Positions 9,029 to 21,000 of a stretch of DNA of 64,000 nucleotides are shown here, one piece after another (positions within the stretch are counted from its first letter, which is position 1; every line of letters begins with the position of its first letter). The stretch spans positions 302,436,001 through 302,500,000 of the forward strand of contig CM097883.1 of NCBI GenBank assembly GCA_044892505.1. Reading direction: 5' to 3'. Position numbers and translations under genes: made by a program. The notes beneath the pieces were generated by a model. It saw only the letters and a list, made by a program, of their open reading frames with translations. It did no database searches and was not told the origin of the DNA. This stretch comes from Schmidtea nova (lineage: Eukaryota).

Positions 9029-12000
9029 ATGATGAGGAAAATAGAAAGCGAAAACGAACGATTGAATCGAGAAAGTCAAGCACGACACGCTCAGGAATGG
9101 GCAAGAATACAAAGAGAGGATGAACAAAAACAACAAGAAAGAGAGCGACAACCTCTAAGAATTAACATGCTAAGAGAAACAAACCAAACAGACACTCGCG
9201 AGAAAGAAACCACACCGGAAATAAATTCGATAAACCCGAATCCAACTGACAATGAAAGTCGAAAAGGAGTAATACAGGATGAGGGGGAAGCAGAAAAGGA
9301 AATAGAAAAGGAAGTGGAAACTGAGATAAACCAGGAAGAGAGGAAGGAGATTTGGAAAAGAGGAATGATGGTAATCATGCCCAACAAATCCGTGTTTAGA
9401 TTCCAGTATAACGTAAAAGAAGAAGTGGGAATATTATTCAACAAAGTAAACCAGATGGTTCCAGGAGTAACGAAACTGCCCAGAGAAGCGTTCTTACAAA
9501 TAGAAGGTGTGCCAAAAGTAAAGTTGGAATTAACGGATATATGGGAAAACTTGGGAGTAGTAGAAACAAAAAGAAACGTGATGATTATTAAAGAAATAGA
9601 ACCAGAAGAAATTCCACCACCAATACGTCACGAAACCCGAATCAGGCGAATATTTGAAGGAAAAATGATAAGAAGACGTTTAAAAGAGATAGACGAGTTG
9701 GGAAAGAAAATGGAAAAAGTCGAAGTAATAGAGGACAAAAATGAACTAACACCAGAAATCAACAAAAACAAAACAAAACCCACGGAGAATATACAAGGGG
9801 AAACGAACCAAACAGCACATATTAATATGTTAAGAAATACCACCAGAGAGTTCTCCGATGAAGAAGAAGATAGTGACATCAGTAGCCTAGCAGGAGACAT
9901 ATTAAATGAACCCGAAGACGAAAATAAAGAGAGAGAAGTAATAAAGACCTCAGAACCTACACAGATAAAAGTAGATGAAATCCAGAAATTACTAGATAAC
10001 TCGCTAGAAGTAATATATAACGAAGAGTTCATGGACAAGAAACAATATCGGAAATTCATGAAAGCATTATTACAAATGAACTACAAAGAATGGTTACAAG
10101 ACCGGGAAGTAGACATGTTAAATCGATACGTAAGGAAATTAATAGAGGAACCACTCCTCAATTACACCATCTCAATAATAATAAATACATCTACACCAAG
10201 AATCTGGATCAAAACTCCATTTACAGACGATATCTACAGATGGGTGGAGGACAGGCTAGGGAGCTCATATAAAAACAAATTCATCTATTCGCAGAATAGA
10301 CTCGTAAAGAAAAGAACGCACTTAGTAGAAACAGGTAAATGGCCAGGAGAAATAACCCTGTTATCAATATGTGACGAAAAGGAAGAAGAGAACCTACAAG
10401 AAGTTGCAAAGGAGGCAAACACGTGCTTCGAAAGGAGAATAGAACCTCGGTTAGAATACGCGAAAGAACGAGTCTTACGAAAGAATCTAAATTCCCTGAT
10501 AGAACAAATCATACCACAAGTCAAAAAACATAGAAAAGAGTTAATGAGAAGCGAATACGAGAAATTGAAACGATGTATTGAGTGCATACGTGACACAAGT
10601 CACACGAGATGGTCACAAATCTCACACGACAAATTAATCGCAAAAATGGGAAAAACAATGTTCAGACAAGGGAAAATAACAGATCTAAAAATTTCAGTGG
10701 AATTGCCTAATGAAGACACCAAAGAAATTGAAGTAGTAGCGGATTGCACCATTAAAGAATTAATAAATGTCATCAACGAGACACTAGTGCAAAGAGAACC
10801 CGAAGACGAATGGGAAGACGACATAATCATACAATATAACGAACATGTATTATGGGATCACGATGAGAGACGACTATATAAAATCGGTATATGGGATAAT
10901 CACCAAACCATCCACGTTATCAGAATGGACGATACACCCAGAGAAACTGCTAAAGATGAGAAAAGAGAACGGGAACGACGGAAAGAAGTTGTGCGCAAAT
11001 TACAACAAATAGTAGAAATCTATCGAAATTGGCGAACTTGGCCAGAGTGGGAAAATGTATTAGAAGAACTCAATCTCAACAGACGAATACGAACACCCGT
11101 AGAAAAACAATGGAACGAGAAAGGAAAATGTTGGGAACCAAAAGAAGGGGAATATGAAGAAGAATATGAAAGAGGAATGGAAGATGACTGCGAACCAGAA
11201 ATGAGAAGGGTTTGCATGGTGACAAGGAAAGCTACGCCAATAGACCTAGATGGACCAGAAACAGCGGCTATATGGTTAGAAAAGGAAAAGCAAAAAACGG
11301 AAGAATTTGTCGAAATATTAAAAACTAATGCGCACGGTAAGAGAAAAGTAATAAAAGGTCTCGCAGATTTTTTCGTGGTTAATGGAGAAGATATAACATG
11401 CTTGCGTAAAGTGGCAAAAGCAATCGCAGAATATAAAAGAGTCAACGAATGGTGTCCGGAACAACTAGACCACGTAATTAGGAAATGGAGAAATCAAGAA
11501 TTCTCGCAAGAAATTCCACAAAAAGTACATTTAAGAATAATATATCCAAACAAGGATAAGGAAGAGCTTTGGGTAGGAATAGCAGAAAAAATTCGAGATA
11601 TTAAAAAGAAATTGAGATACGAACCACCGTTCCATTTACAACACCAAGGACGATCATTAGATAACAGTTTAGAAATTGGAATAACGCCAGCACAACTAGA
11701 CCTCATGAATACCCTGACAGTAGAAGCAATAGCGGGTCAACCATTGAAACGTAAAGAAGAAAACCATAAACCACACGGAAGTATAAGTACGCCGAGCCCG
11801 ATGAAATCAGTACTAACACCAGGGACAAGTTCGAGACGATCTGAGACAACACCCAGAGAAACCAGAGAAAGGACTCCACCACAACCATACGACGTGGACG
11901 AAATTTTAACGGATAGCGACGATATGATAGAAGAATTAACCGAATTAACAAGGGAAAAAGACGATAACATTTTCGAAAGAATACAAGAATTACCTACGAC

Positions 12001-15000
12001 AATACAAGTAACCAACACCGGAGAAACAGAAGTCGAAGAAGAAATAATAATAGAAGAAATAAACGATTTGACAGAAGACGAAACGAGAGGGGCGAATGTC
12101 GAAAATGTACAATTAACCCAAGAAATGGAAAGATGGTTAGAAGAAAGAGCTAACGAACCAAGAGATGTCACGGAAGAAACAGGACGGGCAACAAGGTTTG
12201 TGGAAACAGGTACAGGAATGGATAGACGACCTCGAGGTAGACCCAAGACAGATCCAGCAACTGTAGTTATAAGAAATAAAGATGAAAAGAGACAAGATCA
12301 ATGGGAATTATGCTTAAGGAAACTAAATAAAATTGCGGAGATGAAAGAAAAAGAGACAACACCAATATGTCAAGGGGAGGAATGGATATCGAAAACAATA
12401 ATGGAAATATTGGCAATAATTGATCCGGAATTGAGAAAATACTGGCGGATAACTGAGATAAGCGAAAAGGCGAAGTCACTATACAGCGCAATCTCCCCCA
12501 TCTTACCGGAATTCATAAAAGAAAAGACGAAGTCAAATCATTTAGACTGGCAAGGAACCACTACGTTAATAAAGAAACTGACAGAAGGAGCGGAAACAGA
12601 TAACAAATACGTAATAGCCATTGCATACACGATCTACAATCTGTTGACACTGAGTAGAGGTCGACCAAAACCCACTGCATTAGAGAGACATATAAAAAAT
12701 ACCGCAAAGATTATAGCTAGAGAAATAGAACCTTACGTCATTAACAAAGGAGGATGGGAAACATTTATAAAAACTAACCAGAAGAAAACGCAAGCGAAGA
12801 ATATGAAGAAGAAATTCGAAAAAATATTGGAAGAGTTAGAAAAAGAACAAGCAGAAACAGGAAACGCGAAGTCATCAATGAATTTGAGCTCTATAATAAT
12901 GATGATGTTGATATGGATGATTAGCACCGATAGCGCAACAGCATTCGAAGTGTTTGATTGCGACCAAATGAAGTTAGGAGAAAAGTATTCATTGAGAGGT
13001 ACGGAGCAATGTAAAGATGCAACTCCAGTAGAGTTGCAAAAGATTAAAAAAGAACAATGGTACCACGTGTATCAAGAAGCAGAACTCATAAAGACAATGG
13101 TGAATGAATGTAAGGTGCAGAAGACGAGATTCGCATTTTACTGCGGGAGAGGACATTATTCAGCAATTGTCATGCCAGGAACGGAAAGAGAACCAATCGT
13201 GTTACAAGGAGAGGACTGCGAAGCACTGTTTAAACATGGAGAAGTAACAACAAGAGATAAAATCAAGATAAGAGGAAAGCCAGGAATGATGCTGCAACAG
13301 ACATACTATGTAGCAGGACGGATTACGGGAGGAGAAGGATATTGTCAAGGAGAAACCTACCCGATATTCGGAGTACCCGCAACTAACTTAGTGGTGATGG
13401 ATACGTATATAGTCGAATTAAAAAGCTATGAAGCATTCTTCGAACCAACAACGGGAGAAATGAAAACGTTATCCATGTGTAAAATCGACAGGAGCATGTG
13501 TCAAACGGGAATGTCAACATTAGTATACAAACCAAAGGTGAACGAATGTCAATTACAACTGCTACAAGGAGCACAGTTCGACGAAATTCAAGGAAAGACA
13601 TTCCAGGAAGAAGACGATGACGACAAAGCTAGAGCAAAGCACCTCAAGGAAGCTTTGGAGAATAAAAGACAATTGAAACCAGATCATAGGGAAAAACGGA
13701 TAGAGATGAGAGCCACACCAACAGTATTGATAACCACAAATCAGGATGTGGGAATGAGATTCATAAAAGGGAAAGCAACCCTTAAGTGTAGTACAACGGT
13801 ATACGAAACAAATTATCCAGGAATATATGTGTCAAAACAAGAAGTACCAAATGCGAAACCCAAAATCGACACAATGGATATCAAACTACACCTGTATGTG
13901 AATAATAAAATGGATTTCCTATTCCATAGAGGACAAGCCTCATTACAAAAAGTGTACTACGATCTGATAAACAATGATTGTATACTGAATCGAGAAATAT
14001 TAAAGACAAAGTTGGCCGTAGCGATTACGAATCCAGATAGCGCGATGCCATTATTACCACTGAGAGAAGGACATTTCGGAAGAGTGGTTGGAGAAGCAAT
14101 GTATGTATACATTTGCGAAAAGACACACGCGTCGCTAGCAGCAACAACGCAGTTGAAACCTGGAACCTGTACAAACGAGTTGGAAATCGATTACAAAGGA
14201 AAAGTACGATACGTTCAACCAGTGACGAGAATCATCAATCCACCAGGGTTTGAACCAAATCCATTCAACTGTAGTAATGCGTATGGACCACTTTATCAGA
14301 AACCAGATGGTAAATGGGTTATGTTCCCAGGAAGATCCGAAGTGATAGCACCAAGAGAATTCGAGCTAATGCAGTTGTCAAAGGATAGGCAATTCAGCGA
14401 CGTAGATGTCTCAAACAACGGAATATATAGTCCAAAGGATTTAGAAGCAGCAAGGCAGAATATATTATTTCCAGCGAGAAGAGAAGCATTACTGTCAAAT
14501 ATCGTAACGATAACGGGAGGAACGGATTATCGAGAAGGACCGAATTATGAACTGTTGTTGTCACCAGCACATTTCAAGAAAGCCACGGAAAATATGATGA
14601 AAGCAATGTGGGGAAGATTCCTGATATTTGGACAAATGATGGCTGGAATACTGGGGGTCATATTAATAATCCAAATCGTCAGAGTGATAATAACGCAAAT
14701 GTTAGCGTGTTTCGATATCTACAAGAGAGAAAAGAAAGTGAATTGGAAAATGGTAGTAGGGTTTTTACCATTCCTTGCGAAAACAATGGTGTTGCACGGA
14801 CACTCAAAAGATATCCATCGAATAAAAAGACTCCTAAAGATACTAGCAAAAATGAAGGGAACAGATGAAGAAGTAGGACGAAAATTTAAAAAGATAATGA
14901 ATGACGAACAAGCAAGACAACAGCTCAAGAGAGAAAGAAAAGGTTTATGGGAGAGGGTGAAAGGATATAAAACCCAAAATGATTCGAGTGACGACGATGA

Positions 15001-18000
15001 TGACGATGACGACTATAAGGGAGGACAAGTGTATAAGAACCAAGCACCGCAATACATCGAAAAGAATCCAGCCGACGCATGGAAATGTTACGCACCTCCA
15101 CCAACCATGTATCAAGAACCACTACAAGGAGGAAAAAATAGCACGATGCAAATGATGCCAATGACAAATGTATACCCCATGATACCAGAAGATTATAAAA
15201 TGAGAAGATGTAGAAGCGTAGATCCACAAGGAGATACACACACGATCGCAGTGATGTCATCAAACACAGGTCCAGTATTAACCACGACAATAGAGATTAA
15301 CGGAAGAGAAATCGAAGCAATGATCGACACTGGAGCAAATATTTCCGCCATCGATATCAAATGGATACCACAAGAGCAAAGACGGGAAATAGAAAGGACA
15401 AACGTCCATGTAATTGCATGTAGCAAAGAAGTTGTAGAAGTAGCAGGAAGATGGTGGGTAAAAATACGCCACTTAAATACAGAAATCGATACGTACGTAG
15501 CAGTCATACCAGCATTAAGCGTACCTTGCATTATCGGAACAGATTTGATGCCAGCGTTATTTAAAGAAATCGTAATCGATCTCGGAACAATGAGATTAAA
15601 GGATCGCACCGGACAAATATGCGCAATAGAAGCCAAGGTAACGAGTTCAAAGCAAATGATAATACCGGCAAGAAAGGAAAAAATATGTTACGTAAAAATA
15701 GATCCGACAATCCAAGGCGATATGATTTTCGAACCAAGTAAGAGATTCGAGAAAAGAAAAGCGTTGCCAATGGCAAGAGGACTAGTCAACATAAACGATA
15801 ATGGGGAAATCCCAATAAACGTAGTAAATTTCGACGAGGAGGATAAAATAATCTACGAAAACGAAAGACTAGGTAAACTAACCCCAATGATGGATATCGA
15901 AATACCAATAGAAGGGGCAGAGAAAGATAAAGAACCAACCTGGAATATCGATAGTGAATTATTAAATGAGGAGCAAAAGAAGCAGTTAGAAAAACTTCTG
16001 ATAGAGTATAAGGACATATTTGCAGCATCCGATTTAGATCTAGGAACATGTGATGTCACGTTACATACAATACCATTAACAGATGAAACACCAATTGCAT
16101 TAAGGCCGTACAAACTAGCGGAAGCACAGAAAGCAGTAGCAGAAGCAGAAGTGAAGAAAATGTTGGATGCAGAAGTAATCGAACCAAGTTGCTCACCCTG
16201 GCAATTTCCAGTGGTAATGGTAAAGAAGAAAGACGGAACACAGAGATTCTGCATAGACTACCGAAGATTGAATACAGTAACAAAACGAGATACTTACCCA
16301 TTACCAGACATCAACGAAATGCTACTAACATTACAGGGAGCAGCATATTTTACATCACTAGATCTGAAAAGCGGATACTGGCAAATAAAAATGAAGGAAG
16401 AAGATAAAGAGAAAACTGCCTTTACCATCGGTAGAGACCTATATCAATTTCGAAAGATGCCCTTTGGATTAACAAACGCACCAGCATCATTTCAGAGATG
16501 CATGAATTTCGTCACCCATGGAATAAAGCAGTGTATGGTCTACATCGACGATTTATTAATCTACTCTAGCACGTTTGAACAACACATACAGGATATTCGA
16601 GATGTATTCGTTAGACTTAGACAATGGAAGTTAAAACTCAAGCCATCCAAATGCGATTGGGCAAAAGAAAAGGTTACATTTTTAGGACATATAGTGTCAG
16701 CAAAAGGAAAAGAACCGGATCCTAGAAACATCGACAAGGTAAAAGAATGTCCAGTACCAAAAACAATAACCCAGATACAAGAGTTTCTTGGATTGTGTGG
16801 ATACTATAGAAAGTTTATTAAAGATTACGCCGGAATCGCAAAGCCTATACAGGAGCTGGTAAAGAAAGATGTATCATTCATATGGGGAGATGAACAGCAA
16901 ACAGCCTTCGAGACATTAAGAGATAAACTGATAACCGCACCCATATTAGTACACCCAGACTTCAAGAAGCCATTCTTACTTGCAACAGATGCAAGCGGAT
17001 ATGCAGCAGGAGCAGTATTAGGACAATACGACGACGAAGGAAAAGAACGGGTAATCGGATATTATAGCCGGACATTCAAAAAGCATGAGAAAAATTACTC
17101 AGTAACAGAGCGAGAAGCATTAGCAATTATACTAGCAATTAAACACTTTAAATATTTATTATGGGGACACATCATCTGCATAACAACAGATCACCAACCG
17201 CTTGTATGGTTAGGACAGCACAAGGAAACATCCAGTAGATTAATGCGATGGGCAATGCAGCTACAGGAGTACTCACCAGACATAAAATTTAAATCAGGAC
17301 GAGCGAATGCGAATGCAGACTGTATGTCAAGACTGACATTTCCGGAATTAACCGATCCTGATGTACAACGAATTTGTGTATTAATAGCAGAAGATTTAGA
17401 TTTTAGTGAGTTAAAGAAAGATCAACAGGAAGACAAAGAATTAGGACAGATCATAGAGTTCCTAACATCTCGAAATATGGAAGTATTCAAGGATAATAAG
17501 GAATTAAAGGAACATATAGGAAAGTATCAACATCGATATATAATAAATAAAGGATGGTTGTTAATACAAGATGGTGAAAAGAGATTGATGTGTTTACCGG
17601 AAAACAGAAGGAAAGAGATAATGACCCAATACCACGATGGAAAATTAGGAGGTCATATGTCAGAGAAAAAGACAATAAATCGTATGAGACAAAAATATCA
17701 TTGGCGAACAATGGAGGAAGATATTAAAGAATGGATTAAAAATTGTCTAACTTGCGCAACCAGAAAGGATAGTGGGAAGAAATGGAAAAACCCGCTACAA
17801 CCAATGCCAATACCAGCAGAGCCAATGACAACTATAGCAATGGACGTAATAGGACCATTACCAGAAAGTTTAAACGGAAATATTTATATATTGGTAATAA
17901 CGGATTACCTGACGAAATTCCCGGAAGCATTTGCCATGCAAGATCAAAAAGCAAAAACCGTAGCAAAAATTCTAGTGGAAGAAATATGTTGCAGATACGG

Positions 18001-21000
18001 AACTCCAAAACAAATACTCACAGACCAAGGAACTAATTTTATGAGCGAGTTATTGAACGAGGTGACAAACTATTTCAGAATAGCAAAATTGAGAACTTCA
18101 CCATATCACCCGCAAACGAATGGACAAACGGAGCGATTCAATGGTACATTGATTAGAATGTTATCAAATTACGTCAGCAGACATCAAACTGACTGGGACG
18201 AGTACATAAAATTATGCTTAATGGCATACCGAATGTCGATACATGCAGCAACAAAACTAAGCCCATTTCAACTTATGTATGGGAGAGAATGCAACATGCC
18301 CATAGATTTGGAGTATCAACCACCATTATCCCAATATATGGAAGATGACGACTACGTAACCAAATTCAAAGAAAGAATGCAGGAAATATGGAAAACGGCA
18401 GAACTAAACATTAAATTTTATCAGGAAAGTTATAAGGATTTGCACGACCAAAAGAAAAATGTTAAAGCGAACGATCTAAAACCAGGAGATTGGGTGATAA
18501 TAGAAACTCCCGAAATAATACCAGGAACGGTTAAGAAACTCCAAAGACCTGGAAGAGGACCTTATGAAATTATATACAAAAAGGACAATAATGTCAAAGT
18601 TAAGCTGATAAACCGACCATTAATACGACCCATATATGTAAACACCTGCAGATGTAAGAAGGTGCCTAAAACGATAACTACAACACCAGAGAATCGAATA
18701 ATAACCAGATCACAAACAGCCAGGATAAATATGCTCAGAGCAAACACAAGCGAAGACGACAAAGCAGAAATAAGGCAAAAAGAAATCAGAAATATAGAAA
18801 TCATATTGAAGGCGAGAGAGATAATGGGAAGATGGCATGTTAAAGACGAAGTAGGCATATCAAGGGACATTAGACATATAATTAGCCGTTACGCACAAGG
18901 ATTACCAACCGAACCAATTATTTCTGAATTATTGGAAAAAATCCCTGAAATACTCTTATTGAAAGATGTAGGAGGACAACCAGCCTTACACAATGCGATA
19001 GAGTGTAAAAACATTGAAAGAGCAAAAGAATTCCTAAAAATCGCAAAAGAAACAAACCAAAACTTGGACGTAGGGAATCGTGAACAAGAAACTCCATTAA
19101 TGACAGCCGCAATCCACCAAGCAGATAAAGAAATGGTAGATTTATTGATAAAAGCCCATTTCAGTTGGACAGAACGAGATAGAGAAGACAAAACAGTGCT
19201 AAATCACGTAATATGGAGTTCTCACCAACCAATGCTTAAATACATAATAACTAACTCCACGTGGGAAATAGACGAACTAGTAAAAGGAGACATTATCAAA
19301 GAGGCAATCAAAATTGGTAAATGCAACACGATCCGTAAGTTAATCAAATGGAAACGACCAGAAGATGATACATGGGTCTTAGACATAAACGAAGTATACA
19401 GCGAAGGACAAAACGCGCTGTTAAGATATCTTTTGAAATTTACTTGTGATCAGAAGACATTACTAACCGTATTAGACAGAGGAAACATAAACATCACAAA
19501 GAATGAAGAAGAATACAAATTCGATATAGAGAAGGAAGCCTTATTCAACAAGATTAGGAAATGGTGTGCGAAACCACTTGATAAACTAATAACATACAAA
19601 GACATAAACAATTTTAACGATAAATACCAGACGATAGTAAGTGAGTATGAGGAATTAGTAAAAATCTTAAACCATCCCGAAAAATGCAAACAGGTTTTAG
19701 AGAAAAAAGAAAGAGAAAGTAACAAGAAACTCACACCACTCTTCAAAGCAGAAGCACCATACCAAGCTAGACTAGATGCGATACAAGAAAAAGCAAAGGA
19801 GTTGCTACCGGAATTCGAGAATTGTAAACACGCATTAGAAATACTCGGTGCATTAGTTGAAAAAGTACACGCATACGCAAAAGGAACATACAATGGTAAC
19901 GATATAACGACTTTAAAAAAGGAGATGCCAGTAACATTTTTACTACCAAAGGACGGAATAATGCCCATACATAGAGCTCTACGAAATGGCAAAGATAAAA
20001 AAGTAATGGAAATTGCAAGAGTAATGCTAAACTGCGGAAGCAACATGAATATGGTAGACGAGAAAGGAGATACACTCATGATATTTGCAGCAAGGGCTAA
20101 AACAAAAACAAAGGTGTTGGAAGAACTATACAAAGCAGGTGCAGGACTTACAGGAAAGACAGATAAAGATAATTCAATTTTGGATGTAGCATTACTAACA
20201 CATAATTGGGAAATGGTCAACTTCATTAAAACAATCTCAAATCAGGAAGAAATAGATTACCTAACTGATACGGTCAAGAAACCCAGTGTACTAACAATGA
20301 TGCATAATGTCGAACTAACAGAAGCAATACTTACGTGGATAAATCCGAATACTAACGAACCAGCATTCAGGATTAATGAGTTTACAGAACATAACCAAAA
20401 CTGGTGTATAAGAAGTGCCTTAATAACATATAAATGGCCAGAGATATTGAAGATGTTTATGGAAAGAAAGGATCTAAGAATCACAAACAGCCCGAAAGAA
20501 GAAAAATACACAGGCAAATGGAAAGAATTGATGAAGACATACATCAACAATTGGATCAAGGCCAAAAAGGAAATCTTAGAATATAAATCCACTAACAAAG
20601 TAATACCGGAGCATGTAGAAACACAAGAATTTGAGGCAAGTAATCTAACGACATTAGCATATGCAAAATTGATAGAAGAAATCAATGTCGAGGACGACAT
20701 TTTCGACGAGCCAGGGGGAGATGACAATACAGACAGTGACGACGATAACAACTCAGAAAATTCGAACGATCAAGAACCACCCGATAAAGAGGAAAACGAG
20801 AGAAAAGACAAGAAACGAGACAAAGAAGAAAAGAAAAATGAAGACGAAAAACAAAAAAATGAAGAGGGAGAACAAAGAGACAAAGGAGATAAAAATGACA
20901 CCCAACGAACAGGTTACAAATCAACCATAAAACCATTCTTCAAACCAGAGTTACTATTATTAACAGTGATTTTAACGTTAGTTAACCCAAGTCAAGGAAT

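Noticed and set aside
18560-18800. Chromodomain after integrase; BIR or AP2 domains anywhere in the element
   Set aside because: Looked for but motifs not seen by eye; absence needs HMM confirmation.
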